NCBI GenBank assembly: GCA_020724525.1
Contig: DYGU01000002.1
Coordinates: 29,388-93,387, forward strand
Origin: Dehalococcoides mccartyi
Lineage (GTDB): Bacteria > Chloroflexota > Dehalococcoidia > GIF9 > DYGU01
Length of the DNA: 64,000 nt
Direction of reading: 5' to 3'
Below, piece by piece: positions 18,092-28,040 of the stretch (position 1 is its first letter; every line of letters starts with the position of its first letter). Both the position numbers and the translations under genes were made by a program. The notes below the pieces were generated by a model, which was not told the origin of the DNA, made no database searches, and saw nothing but the letters and a program-made list of their open reading frames with translations.

Positions 18092-18464
18092 TGCCGATAA
18101 GATCATCACAGGGCTAATTATCTTCCTTTGCCTGATAACTTTCCCTATTTATTATAATATAGCTACTGGGAAAGCCGCCTACAGACCTGAACCAAAAATC
18201 GTTACCGAAGAAAAACAGTGTGTGGAGTCGAAAGGATACATGAGAGCTAAACACATGGACTTATTGGAGGAATGGAGAGAATCGGTTGTCCGAGAGGGGA
18301 AGAGAGTTTATGTAGCCAGCGATGGTAAACAATACACTATGAGTCTTGTGGACACATGCATGAGATGTCATTGGAACAAGGCTGAGTTTTGCGACTTATG
18401 CCATAACTATGTGGGCATAAGACTTAACTGCTGGAGCTGCCATACCCTACCTAAGAGAGACTAA
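18084..18464 (+). CDS. dsrJ: DsrJ-like triheme cytochrome c with N-terminal membrane anchor
   Basis: 126 aa. One N-terminal TM segment and three CxxCH sites (CMRCH, CDLCH, CWSCH). Confidence 0.75.
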   Translation: MYDADKIITGLIIFLCLITFPIYYNIATGKAAYRPEPKIVTEEKQCVESKGYMRAKHMDLLEEWRESVVREGKRVYVASDGKQYTMSLVDTCMRCHWNKAEFCDLCHNYVGIRLNCWSCHTLPKRD

Positions 18465-18465
18465 T

Positions 18466-19248
18466 ATGATGAAAGTTAGCCGAAGAGGATTCTTAAAGGC
18501 AACGGGGCTGGTGGTAATAGGGCTTGTGGCAAAGCCACTTTTTGACACCCTGTCACGGCTTGAACTGCCACAACTTTCGGCGAGACTAGGAACTTTAACA
18601 GGTAAAAGACTGGCAATGGTCATTAACCTGAAAGCATGCCTGGCAAAAGATGGATGTAGTGATTGCATAGAGGCTTGTCATCGTATTCATAACGTACCTG
18701 ATTTTGGCAATCCCAAAGACGAAATCAAATGGCTTCGGACTGTTCCCTATGAAGACGCATTTCCTGAGCTGAAACATGAATTCATTGCAAAGGGATTAAA
18801 GGGGTTGCCCACTCTTGTGCTTTGCAATCATTGTGCCAATCCCCCTTGTGTACAGGTCTGCCCCACTGGGGCAACATGGAAGAGGGAAGATGGGATAGTA
18901 ATGCAAGATTATCACCGGTGTATTGGCTGCAGGTATTGCATAGCTGCTTGTCCTTATGGCTCAAGGAGCTTTAACTGGAGAGACCCCGTGCCTTTTATTA
19001 AGGAGATAAATTTTGGGTTTCCAATAAGAACCAGAGGGGTTGTGGAGAAGTGTAATTTCTGTGAGGAAAGACTGGCTAAAGGTCTTCCTCCGGCGTGTGT
19101 AGAAGCGTGCTGGGAAAAAAAGGTACTGATATTTGGTAACTTAGAAGACCCTAACTCAAATATAAGAGAAATTCTTCATCTACACTATTCTTTACAACGT
19201 AAACCTTATTTAGGGACAAACCCTCAGGTTTATTACATTATCACATAG
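18466..19248 (+). CDS. dsrO: DsrO-like periplasmic 4Fe-4S ferredoxin subunit with Tat signal
   Basis: 260 aa. Twin-arginine signal SRRGFLKATG and cluster motifs CNHCANPPCVQVCP, CIGCRYCIAACP and CNFC...CVEAC. Confidence 0.8.
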   Translation: MMKVSRRGFLKATGLVVIGLVAKPLFDTLSRLELPQLSARLGTLTGKRLAMVINLKACLAKDGCSDCIEACHRIHNVPDFGNPKDEIKWLRTVPYEDAFPELKHEFIAKGLKGLPTLVLCNHCANPPCVQVCPTGATWKREDGIVMQDYHRCIGCRYCIAACPYGSRSFNWRDPVPFIKEINFGFPIRTRGVVEKCNFCEERLAKGLPPACVEACWEKKVLIFGNLEDPNSNIREILHLHYSLQRKPYLGTNPQVYYIIT

Positions 19249-19258
19249 GGTTGTCAAT

Positions 19259-20416
19259 ATGTTTGAAAGGGCACTTGTTGGAAGTCGAAAATACTGGGGA
19301 TTGATAGTTGTATTGCTGGCTATTATTGGTGTTGGTTTTATTTGCTACCTAAAGCAGCTGGACTACGGTTTGGGAATAACCGGCATGAGTCGGGATGTTG
19401 CCTGGGGTCTTTATATAGCCAATTTTACTTTTCTGGTGGGTGTAGCTGCTTCGGCAGTTATGGTAGTCTTACCTTACTATCTCCATAACTATAAACAGTT
19501 CGGGAAAATCACCATTTTAGGGGAGTTCTTAGCTGTAGCAGCGGTACTAATGACCATGCTATTCATTCTTGTAGACTTAGGGCAACCGGCACGGGTATTT
19601 AACATGATACTCCATCCCTCCCTCAGGTCGGTTATGTTTTGGGATATGGTTGTCTTGGGAGGCTACTTGTTGCTCAATATAGTGATTGGCTGGTTGACAT
19701 TGGATGCTGAGCGCAAAGGAGAAAAACCATCAGCTTGGCTAAAACCCGTGATTTTTCTTTCCATGCCCTGGGCTATCAGCATTCATACAGTTACAGCTAT
19801 GCTTTACTGCGGTCTTGCCGCCAGACCTTTCTGGCTTACTGCCCTTCTGGCACCCCGCTTTCTTGCCTCAGCCTTTGCCTCAGGCCCGGCTCTCCTTATA
19901 CTATTCTGCCTTATTATAAAGAGGTTTACTAAATTTGATGCCGGGAAAGAAGCCATTGAAAAGGTGGCTCAGATTGTTGCTTATGCTGTGACAACTTCGG
20001 TGTTTTTCTTGCTACTTGAATTCTTTACCGTTTACTATGGCCAATTGCCGAAGCACATGATTCACTTCCATTACCTTCTCTTTGGCGTGGAAGGATACAC
20101 AGGACTTGTCCCCTGGATGTGGGCTTCTCTTGTGCTTGCCTGTTTGTCTCTTTACTTATTAATCAACCCCGGAACACGCCGACGGGAGGATTTTTTGGCA
20201 GCAGCCTGTGCCGCAGTATTCGCTTCTATATGGATAGATAAGGGGCTTGGTCTGATTGTACCAGGGTTTATTCCTTCACCTTTGGGTGAAATATTGGAAT
20301 ATGCGCCCACAGTGCCTGAGATATTGATCACACTTGGTGTTTGGGGAGTGGGGTTCTTAGTACTTACTGTCCTGTATAAAATAGCTGTTTCAGTTAAGGA
20401 AGAGACAGCTGCCTAA
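19259..20416 (+). CDS. dsrP: DsrP-like integral membrane quinone-interacting subunit (NrfD/PsrC family)
   Basis: 385 aa with about 10 TM helices. Position and size are typical of NrfD-family partners of the FeS subunit. Confidence 0.8.
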   Translation: MFERALVGSRKYWGLIVVLLAIIGVGFICYLKQLDYGLGITGMSRDVAWGLYIANFTFLVGVAASAVMVVLPYYLHNYKQFGKITILGEFLAVAAVLMTMLFILVDLGQPARVFNMILHPSLRSVMFWDMVVLGGYLLLNIVIGWLTLDAERKGEKPSAWLKPVIFLSMPWAISIHTVTAMLYCGLAARPFWLTALLAPRFLASAFASGPALLILFCLIIKRFTKFDAGKEAIEKVAQIVAYAVTTSVFFLLLEFFTVYYGQLPKHMIHFHYLLFGVEGYTGLVPWMWASLVLACLSLYLLINPGTRRREDFLAAACAAVFASIWIDKGLGLIVPGFIPSPLGEILEYAPTVPEILITLGVWGVGFLVLTVLYKIAVSVKEETAA

Positions 20417-20587
20417 AACGACGGGATTGAAATGGCTTGTCTCTGGGCGATTTGTGATAACAAGAGGACCATCTCTGACCTTCAGGTTGACGAGTTTGTA
20501 AAGAGGGCAACGAGTGTTAGTAAAAGAACAACTGTAGCAGACGATGGCACAGGTTTTGATATAATTTGGCTTAAAGGGGAAAGGTAA

Positions 20588-20971
20588 GTGACATTAGGAG
20601 AATGGGGTGCAATTGGTGGTATTGTAGCTGGTAGTATCGCGGTGGTCGGACTAATTTATGGTGCTACCTCCTTAATTTTTAAAGTTAACCGGATGGACAA
20701 GAGCCTTCAAGCTCTTCTTGTTATTCATACTTCGGAACTAATTGAGTATTACAAAAAGACCAGCACTTCTCTGCTTAATTCTGTCCCATCTTCTGAACGA
20801 GACACTCTATTAGACAAATTAGAAAGAGGGACTCTCACCACCAAAGAAGCCCATCAGCTTAAGCAGATATTGAAAGAGGAAGAAGCTGAGGCTAAACGCA
20901 GAGGCGAAGTGATGGCAGTATTGGCTATTACTGCCTTACTTCTACTCATTGCCCTGTTATCCAAGAAGTAA
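20588..20971 (+). CDS. hypothetical membrane protein (N- and C-terminal TM segments flanking a charged helix)
   Basis: 127 aa with a GTG start. No recognisable motif. Confidence 0.45.
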   Translation: MTLGEWGAIGGIVAGSIAVVGLIYGATSLIFKVNRMDKSLQALLVIHTSELIEYYKKTSTSLLNSVPSSERDTLLDKLERGTLTTKEAHQLKQILKEEEAEAKRRGEVMAVLAITALLLLIALLSKK

Positions 20972-21024
20972 AGCCTTGGCCACAGTTTTGCTCTTTTGTT
21001 TACATAAGATAAAGCTGAAATTTA

Positions 21025-21053
21025 TTGCCACGCTTCCTGTCCTTTGATAGAAT
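21025..21053 (+). promoter_or_regulatory. sigma70-like promoter upstream of leuS
   Basis: TTGCCA (21025-21030), 17-nt spacer, TAGAAT (21048-21053). Confidence 0.45.
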
Positions 21054-21071
21054 GTTTTGGTTTGTTGAATT

Positions 21072-23513
21072 ATGTCTCTCGTTTATAATCCTCAAGAAAT
21101 TGAAAAGAAATGGAAGGAAAGGTGGGCGGCTGATGGGATTTACAATGTTACTGAGGATAACAGCCGCCCCAAGTTTTATGCTTTAACTATGTTCCCCTAT
21201 ACTTCAGGTGACCTCCATATTGGACACTGGTATGCTCTGGCACCTTCTGATGTGTACGCCCGGTTTAAGCGAATGCAGGGCTACAATGTCTTGCACCCTA
21301 TGGGTTTTGATGCCTTTGGGTTACCGGCTGAGAACGCAGCTATAAATCATGGGATTCATCCTTATATATGGACTACGCAAAACATAGAGAATATGCGCCG
21401 CCAGTTGAAAAGCATGGGGGCTATTTACGATTGGAACCGTGAGGTAATTAGTTCAGAACCTGAATATTATAAGTGGACGCAATGGTTTTTTCTCAAGTTC
21501 TATGAAGCTGGTTTAGCTTATCGAGCTAAAGCGCCGGTTAACTGGTGTCCGAGTTGTCAAACAGTCCTGGCTAATGAGCAGGTAATCAACGGACAATGTG
21601 AGCGTTGTGACACTCCTGTTACCAGAAAGGACTTAGAGCAGTGGTTCTTCAGGATTACTAAATATGCTGAAGAACTCCTTGACCACAGTCAGATAGACTG
21701 GCCTGAGCGAATAAGAGTCATGCAAAAAAACTGGATTGGGAAGAGTACTGGTGCCGAGATTGCTTTTGGTCTGGAGCATGAAGGTATAGCGGAAAAGGAA
21801 ATAAGAGTATTTACTACTCGCCCGGATACTATTTTCGGGGTCACTTTCTTTGTTTTAGCCCCGGAACATCCTTTGGTGCTCTTATTAACTACTCCAGAAC
21901 ATAAGGTAGTGGTGGAGAAATATGTGGAGCAGGCACGCCGTCAAGCAGAATTTGAACGGACGGCTTTAGAGAGGGAGAAGACTGGTGTTTTCCTGGGGAG
22001 CTATGTTACTAATAAGCTAAATGGCGAGAGGGTACCCATATGGGTTGCTGACTATGTGCTACCGAGCTATGGCACCGGAGCAGTTATGGGTGTCCCGGCT
22101 CACGACCAGAGGGATTTCGAATTCGCTAAAAAGTTCGGTCTGCCCATCCGGGTAGTTATTGCACCTCCCGGTTGGTCTGGAGAAGAATTGGTTTCTGCTT
22201 ATACTGGCTTGGGGACAATGGTGAATTCAGGTCAATTTAATGGTTTATCTAATGAAGAAGGTAGCGAAGCTATCTGTGATTTTGTGGAAAGAAAAGGGTA
22301 TGGGAAGCGAGCTACAATCTATCGCCTCCGGGATTGGCTTATTTCTCGGCAACGTTACTGGGGAGCGCCCATCCCTATTGTTTATTGTGAAAAATGTGGA
22401 ATTATTCCAGTACCGGAGAAAGATTTACCGGTATTGTTACCTCCTGATGCTGAATTTAGACCTACTGGTGAATCCCCATTAAGGTATTGCCAGTCCTTTG
22501 TCAATACTACTTGCCCGCGGTGTTCAGGACCGGCTCAGCGGGAGACAGATACTATGGATACCTTTATGTGCTCCTCCTGGTATTTTCTTCGCTATATTAG
22601 TGCCAGGGTTAATAATGTTGCCTTTGATGCCGAGAAAGTAAAATACTGGCTGCCAGTAGACTTGTATACCGGTGGTGCTGAACATGCTGTTATGCACCTC
22701 CTTTATGCTCGCTTTTTTATTAAAGCTATCCGGGATATGGGTCTGGTAGACTTTAGTGAGCCCTTCAGTCGTTTGTTTAATCAGGGGACTATTATCTACC
22801 GGGGGGAGAAGATGAGCAAGTCCAGGGGTAATGTAGTCACCCCTGATGTCTATGTGACTGAATTAGGGGCTGACACAGTCCGGGCTTATTTGATGTTTAT
22901 TAGTCCCTGGGAGCAAGGTGGAGAGTGGAGCGACGCTGGTATTGCTGGTATAAGTCGCTGGTTTAACCGGGTCTGGAGACTTATATCTGCTGGTTATTCA
23001 CCAGTATATGTAAAAAGCGGAAAGGAAAGAGAATTGCACCGAGAGATTCATAAAACGGTAAAGAAAGTAACGCAAGGCTTAGAAGGTTTCCATTTCAATA
23101 CCATGCTGGCAACCCTTATGGAATTTACCAACTATCTGTTTAAGGTGCAGGAGGATAAATCTGTCTCCGCGGATGTTTGGCATGAGGCGATTACTGACTT
23201 ACTTCTTCTCCTGGCGCCAACAGCCCCTCATCTTGCCGAAGAGTTGTGGGTGAGAACGGGGCATGCCTATAGTATTCACAATCAGTCCTGGCCCAGGTGG
23301 GACGATGAATTGGCAGAGGAGGAAGAATTCACTCTGGTCATACAGGTGAATGGTAGATTGCGGGATAAAGTAGCAGTGCCACTGTCTATTACCGAAGAGG
23401 AAGCTAAACAATTAGCCCTGGCTCGGGAGCGGCTAAAACCTTATCTCCAAGGCAAAAGGGTTAATAATGTAATTTATGTCCCAGGGAGATTAGTTAATGT
23501 GGTGGCAGGATGA
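21072..23513 (+). CDS. leuS: leucyl-tRNA synthetase
   Basis: 813 aa. HIGH-type motif (DLHIGHWY), KMSKS (EKMSKSRGN) and a CP1 editing domain. Confidence 0.97.
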   Translation: MSLVYNPQEIEKKWKERWAADGIYNVTEDNSRPKFYALTMFPYTSGDLHIGHWYALAPSDVYARFKRMQGYNVLHPMGFDAFGLPAENAAINHGIHPYIWTTQNIENMRRQLKSMGAIYDWNREVISSEPEYYKWTQWFFLKFYEAGLAYRAKAPVNWCPSCQTVLANEQVINGQCERCDTPVTRKDLEQWFFRITKYAEELLDHSQIDWPERIRVMQKNWIGKSTGAEIAFGLEHEGIAEKEIRVFTTRPDTIFGVTFFVLAPEHPLVLLLTTPEHKVVVEKYVEQARRQAEFERTALEREKTGVFLGSYVTNKLNGERVPIWVADYVLPSYGTGAVMGVPAHDQRDFEFAKKFGLPIRVVIAPPGWSGEELVSAYTGLGTMVNSGQFNGLSNEEGSEAICDFVERKGYGKRATIYRLRDWLISRQRYWGAPIPIVYCEKCGIIPVPEKDLPVLLPPDAEFRPTGESPLRYCQSFVNTTCPRCSGPAQRETDTMDTFMCSSWYFLRYISARVNNVAFDAEKVKYWLPVDLYTGGAEHAVMHLLYARFFIKAIRDMGLVDFSEPFSRLFNQGTIIYRGEKMSKSRGNVVTPDVYVTELGADTVRAYLMFISPWEQGGEWSDAGIAGISRWFNRVWRLISAGYSPVYVKSGKERELHREIHKTVKKVTQGLEGFHFNTMLATLMEFTNYLFKVQEDKSVSADVWHEAITDLLLLLAPTAPHLAEELWVRTGHAYSIHNQSWPRWDDELAEEEEFTLVIQVNGRLRDKVAVPLSITEEEAKQLALARERLKPYLQGKRVNNVIYVPGRLVNVVAG

Positions 23514-24189
23514 AGGGGTGGGGATAGACATAGAGGGGAATCTGCGAGAACTGAAGAGACGCATTCACCGGGCATGTGAAAGAGCCAGCAGGCTGCCAGA
23601 AGAAGTAACCGTAGTAGCTGTAACAAAAGGCGTTGCCCCGTCAATGGTACGAGAAGCTTTTAAGCGCGGTCTGAGAAATTTCGGCGAAAATCGGGTCCAG
23701 GAGGCGGAGGACAAAATACAGCAACTTTCTGATTTGAGGTCAGAACTAACCTGGCATATGGTTGGTCATCTCCAGAGTAATAAAGCTAAGACAGCGGTGG
23801 CGCTTTTCGACTTAATTCATAGCGTTGATTCAATAAGACTGGCTGAAATTTTGAGCTTGCGCACCCCAGAGCGCCTGCCTATTTTGCTTCAAGTCAATGT
23901 GTCTGGGGAGACAACCAAGAGCGGTTTTACCATAGATGAAGCTATTAGCGCCGCACAAGAAATAAGAAAGCTCCCCAATCTGGAAGTTAAGGGACTTATG
24001 ACTATTGCCCCTTTAACAAACAATCCTGAGGAAGTTCGTCCTGTTTTTAGCCAATTGAGGGAAATTAGGGACCGGTTAGGTTTGGAACATTTATCTATGG
24101 GGATGACTGATGATTTTGAAGTGGCTATTGAAGAGGGGGCGACTATAGTGCGGATTGGTCGAGCTATCTTTGGTGAACGCAGGCTGTGA
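23497..24189 (+). CDS. yggS: YggS-family pyridoxal phosphate homeostasis protein
   Basis: 230 aa. Motifs VAVTKGV (PLP lysine), [10 protein letters not shown] and [17 protein letters not shown]. The start may instead be GTG 23518. Confidence 0.88.
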   Translation: MWWQDEGVGIDIEGNLRELKRRIHRACERASRLPEEVTVVAVTKGVAPSMVREAFKRGLRNFGENRVQEAEDKIQQLSDLRSELTWHMVGHLQSNKAKTAVALFDLIHSVDSIRLAEILSLRTPERLPILLQVNVSGETTKSGFTIDEAISAAQEIRKLPNLEVKGLMTIAPLTNNPEEVRPVFSQLREIRDRLGLEHLSMGMTDDFEVAIEEGATIVRIGRAIFGERRL

Positions 24190-24206
24190 AAGCGAGGTTA
24201 AAGATA

Positions 24207-25019
24207 ATGCGGATAAGTTTCATTGGTGGTGGTGTAATGGGGGAAGCTATGATTAACAGTGTTCTGGCAAAGGGTGTGGCTGCTAATGAAGAAATTATTG
24301 TCAGCGATATTAGCCAGTTGCGCCGGGATTTGTTGGCAGAGAAGTATAAGGTCAGGACTACGCCCAACAACCTTCAGGCACTGGCGGGAGCGGAGGTGGT
24401 GGTTTTAGCCGTAAAGCCCCAGGATTTGCGACCGGTGCTCAATGAATTGGCGGCGGGTCTATCACCAAAGCAACTGGTCTTGTCTATTGTGGCTGGTGCT
24501 ACCTTAAGTACTCTTTGCCGGGGTCTGAATCATTCCGGGGTAGTCCGGGCAATGCCCAATATGCCGGCACAGGTTGGTGAGGGAATAACTATTTGGACAG
24601 CCACCTCGGAAGTAACTCATGGGCAAAAAGAATTAGCTCGTTATCTGTTAGCAGCTTTGGGTAGAGAAATCTATGTAGATAATGAAAAATATATAGATAT
24701 GGCAACAGCGGTGAGTGGCAGTGGTCCAGCTTATGTTTTTGTTATCATTGAAGCTTTGATTGATGCCGGCGTCCACATTGGCTTACCCCGGGAAATAGCC
24801 GAGAAACTGGTTGTGGAAACAGTGCTTGGTTCAGTTCGCGCCCTTCAGGTAATGGCTAAACATCCCGCTGAGCTTAGAAATTTAGTGACTTCCCCGGGCG
24901 GGACTACTGTTGAAGGGTTACTCCAGTTAGAAAAAGGAGGGCTGCGCTCTCTTCTTCTTCAAGCTGTTATCGCTACTTATGAGAAGGCAAAAGCTCTGGA
25001 TGTAGCTGGGGGAAATTAG
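24207..25019 (+). CDS. proC: pyrroline-5-carboxylate reductase
   Basis: MRISFIGGGVMGEAM Rossmann N-terminus and SPGGTT near the C-terminus. GAGG lies 6-7 nt before ATG 24207. The ORF track starts at GTG 24186. Confidence 0.9.
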   Translation: MRISFIGGGVMGEAMINSVLAKGVAANEEIIVSDISQLRRDLLAEKYKVRTTPNNLQALAGAEVVVLAVKPQDLRPVLNELAAGLSPKQLVLSIVAGATLSTLCRGLNHSGVVRAMPNMPAQVGEGITIWTATSEVTHGQKELARYLLAALGREIYVDNEKYIDMATAVSGSGPAYVFVIIEALIDAGVHIGLPREIAEKLVVETVLGSVRALQVMAKHPAELRNLVTSPGGTTVEGLLQLEKGGLRSLLLQAVIATYEKAKALDVAGGN

Positions 25020-25032
25020 TTTTCCCTTAGAA

Positions 25033-25299
25033 TTAGGTAACAGCCGGGGTCTGCCCCGGATGGAGTTTTTTCCATTTTTCCAGTAATTGCTCCCGCGTTT
25101 CTTTATAAGCTGGGTCAGGAATGCAGCAATCTACCGGGCAGACTTCGACACATCGGGGTGATTCAAACCAGCCAATACATTCGGTACATTTATCGGGGAC
25201 GATGATAAAAATTGTTTCCGCTTCTTTTATAGCCTCATTTTTGCACTCGACTTCACAAGCACCGCAGCTTATACATTCGTCAGTGATTTTATACGCCAT
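25033..25299 (-). CDS. 2x[4Fe-4S] ferredoxin (YfhL-like)
   Basis: 88 aa. Motifs CISCGACEVEC and CTEC...CVEVCP. Confidence 0.85.
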   Translation of the reverse strand: MAYKITDECISCGACEVECKNEAIKEAETIFIIVPDKCTECIGWFESPRCVEVCPVDCCIPDPAYKETREQLLEKWKKLHPGQTPAVT

Positions 25300-25350
25300 T
25301 TTTGAACTTTACCTCCTTAGACTTTTTAGCTAAACAATTTTGAGCTTTAG

Positions 25351-25875
25351 TTAAAGTAGCACCCCCTTTCTCTGTGACTCAGTGAGTTCTTGAGAGAATT
25401 TGTTTCTTAAAGCTTGGGCGACATGGTCAGGCACAAAGTCCTCGAGGCAGCCACCTAATTTGGCTACTTCCTTAAGCAGGCTTGAGCTTAGAAATTGATA
25501 TTGTAAACTTGCCATTAGACAGACCAACTCCAGATTCGGGTTTAATTTTTTGCTCATCATCGCCATCTCAAATTCCCGCTCGAAGTCCGAACTCATCCTC
25601 AATCCCCGAACCAGAACCTTTGCTTTTATTTGGCGAGCAAAATCAACGGTAAGACCAGAATAAGTTTCCACACGGACATTAGGCAAATCGGCAACTGCCT
25701 GTTTTACCATTTCTACCCTCTCTGGGGTGGAGAATAGGAGCTGTTTTTCAGGTCGGTCATAAACACCAATAATTAGCTCATCGAAAAGGGACGAAGCTCG
25801 CTTAATGATGTCCAAATGTCCGTGGGTAATAGGGTCGAAGCTACCGGGATAAAAAGCAATGGTCATGATTATCAT
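25351..25875 (-). CDS. coaD: phosphopantetheine adenylyltransferase
   Basis: YPGSFDPITHGHLDI motif and an ATGA overlap with the rsmD stop. Confidence 0.92.
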   Translation of the reverse strand: MIIMTIAFYPGSFDPITHGHLDIIKRASSLFDELIIGVYDRPEKQLLFSTPERVEMVKQAVADLPNVRVETYSGLTVDFARQIKAKVLVRGLRMSSDFEREFEMAMMSKKLNPNLELVCLMASLQYQFLSSSLLKEVAKLGGCLEDFVPDHVAQALRNKFSQELTESQRKGVLL

Positions 25876-26417
25876 TCTTTTTGATATATTGAAATATAGG
25901 TATCACCATAATGGCGTTCCTTGATTAATTGAAGACTGTCATAACTATCCTTTAGGAGAATGCGGCGAGAATGACACACGGCAATAAGAGAACCTGTGCC
26001 AACAAGGTTTGACATGGCTAACTTATGTAACAGATTACCCGCTGATGGGTCTGAATAGGGAGGATCCATAAAAATAACATCGTATTTAGTATTAAGAAAA
26101 GTCAGCGCCTTAGTCACATTACAGCAGTAAACATGGGCTTTTTCCATTAAGCCGGTCTTGGTTAAATTGTCTTTTATAATAGCACAACACTTTGGTTCTT
26201 GGTCAACAAAGTCGCCCCAGTCTGCCCCCCGACTCAAAGCTTCGATTCCCAAAGCACCACTACCAGCGTAGAGGTCAAGAGTTCGAGACCAATCGGAAGC
26301 GGTTGTTTCTAATATTGAAAAAAGGGCTTTCCTCACCATGTCTGTGGTGGGACGAACCAGACCGCCTCGTAGGACCTTGAGGCGGTGTCCCTTAACTATA
26401 CCACCGGTAATTCGCAT
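25872..26417 (-). CDS. rsmD: 16S rRNA (guanine966-N2)-methyltransferase
   Basis: 181 aa. Motifs DLYAGSGALGIEALSRGA and FMDPPY. Confidence 0.88.
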   Translation of the reverse strand: MRITGGIVKGHRLKVLRGGLVRPTTDMVRKALFSILETTASDWSRTLDLYAGSGALGIEALSRGADWGDFVDQEPKCCAIIKDNLTKTGLMEKAHVYCCNVTKALTFLNTKYDVIFMDPPYSDPSAGNLLHKLAMSNLVGTGSLIAVCHSRRILLKDSYDSLQLIKERHYGDTYISIYQKE

Positions 26418-26484
26418 TCTTTAGAAAAATCTTCCCCCGAGCATTTGGAAACACACCCAACCTACCTTCATTTAAGCAAGCTGG

Positions 26485-26622
26485 CTAAACTAACCGAGAC
26501 ATTAACTTCTGGTAAAATCTAATCACCCTTTCTGACTTAAAGAGCCCTAGTAGCCAGAGAAGGCTACTACCAACCATCAACAAAAGTCCGATAACCATGA
26601 GAGATATGCCTATTATGTTCAT
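26485..26622 (-). CDS. possible 45-aa single-TM small protein
   Basis: Manual translation gives MNIIGISLMVIGLLLMVGSSLLWLLGLFKSERVIRFYQKLMSRLV. AGGAG lies 7 nt upstream of the ATG. It is below the ORF-track size cut-off. Confidence 0.3.
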   Translation of the reverse strand: MNIIGISLMVIGLLLMVGSSLLWLLGLFKSERVIRFYQKLMSRLV

Positions 26623-26764
26623 CTACTGTCTCCTAAAGATTGCCTGAAAAACAAAACAGGTTTTCAACACTTTAACCATTATAGCTTACCTTTATTTTTA
26701 GTCAAGAGATTTAGGCGCTGTTTGGCAAATCCTATTTGACTCTACCTGAGGCAGAAGTTAAACT

Positions 26765-27127
26765 ATGGAGGCTAAAGGTGAGAAGGTCGTTTCCTACACC
26801 CAGCCGAAATCTGCGATTCGGCTGGGAACCCGGGGTATTCCTTGCCCGAGAACCTATATCCCACAAGCCGAAACAAGACAAGAGGACTTAGAGAACTGCT
26901 TTGGTTATTTGCGTAGTTTTATCACCGAGTTTAAGGTGAACGGAGCTATATTTTATATTATCAGGTATTGTGATACCTATGAACTGGATGCCCCCGACGT
27001 CCGGGATTATTTGAAGGAGCAAGGAATTCCGGTATTGGTTTTAGAAGACGAGTATAATTTAGCTACCATAGGACAATTGCGGACTCGAATTCAGGCTTTT
27101 CTGGAGATGATAAGAGGAATAGGATAA
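26765..27127 (+). pseudogene. C-terminal fragment of a 2-hydroxyacyl-CoA dehydratase / benzoyl-CoA reductase-family subunit
   Basis: Only the last ~110 aa are present (YIIRYCDTYELDAPDVRDYLKEQGIPVLVLEDEY). No N-terminal portion lies upstream. Confidence 0.6.
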
Positions 27128-28040
27128 TGTTCGAAACAAAGGCACCAGCAAAAACCACGGCGGTAAAAGCAACCCGGATGGCGATGAAAGTGCGAAGCAC
27201 GGTCAAGTCTACGTATACCTGGGCAGCTCAAGCCAAAGCCGAAGGTCAACCCATTGCCTATACTATGATTGACTCTCAATATGATGAAATCATTAGAGCT
27301 ATGGGGATAGTGCCGATATGGACAGAAAATTATGCTGGGCTATGTGCCGCTAAACGAGACGCCGAACGCTTCTTGGTGAGGTCTGAAGCCGAGGGCTATT
27401 CTAATGTCCTTTGTAGTTATGCCCGGACTGGTATTGGTTTTGATAGTCTACGCCGGGAAATTGGTGAAATACCGCCTAATTCTCCCGATGGCGGTATGGC
27501 AATGCCAGATATGCTCTTAGGGAGTAGTGCTATCTGTGACTCCAGATATAAATGGTATCAGGCTCTGGGGCGTTATATGAACATTCCTACTTACAATATT
27601 GATGTAGTGACACCACCGGTGGATGCTGACTTAACCGAAGTGGCTGATTATTACATCAATTACCAGTTGAGCAGTTGAAAGGCTTGGTGGATTTTCTGGA
27701 AAGACGAACTGGGAAACCGTTAGATAAAGACCGTCTCTGGGAAACCATCAGATTGGGAGACTAAGTCTTGCGGTTATGGTATGAAGTAGACTCATTGCGT
27801 CGAGCAGTTCCAGCTCCTATGCCGTCTCAAGACCACTTCAATGTAATGGTCCCAGCCCATTTCTTGTGTGGTACTCCTGAGGCAGTAGATTTCTTCAAGG
27901 AACTTTATGATGAAGTAAAAGAGAGAGTGGAAAGCAAAACTGGAGTAATTGAAGACGAAAAGTATTGCTTCAGAGTAGTCCCGGAGGTCTTTAGGGAGTG
28001 CTTATGTATTTTGCTGGTGTTGATGTTGGCTCCACTATGA
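27127..28040 (+). pseudogene. 2-hydroxyacyl-CoA dehydratase-family subunit, disrupted by a frameshift, an in-frame TAA and 3' truncation
   Basis: Reading continues ...YYINYQ(V)EQLKGLVDFLERRTGKPLDKDRLWETIRLGD*VLRLWYEVD after a -1 shift near 27665-27672 and a TAA at 27761-27763. The C-terminal third is missing. Confidence 0.65.
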
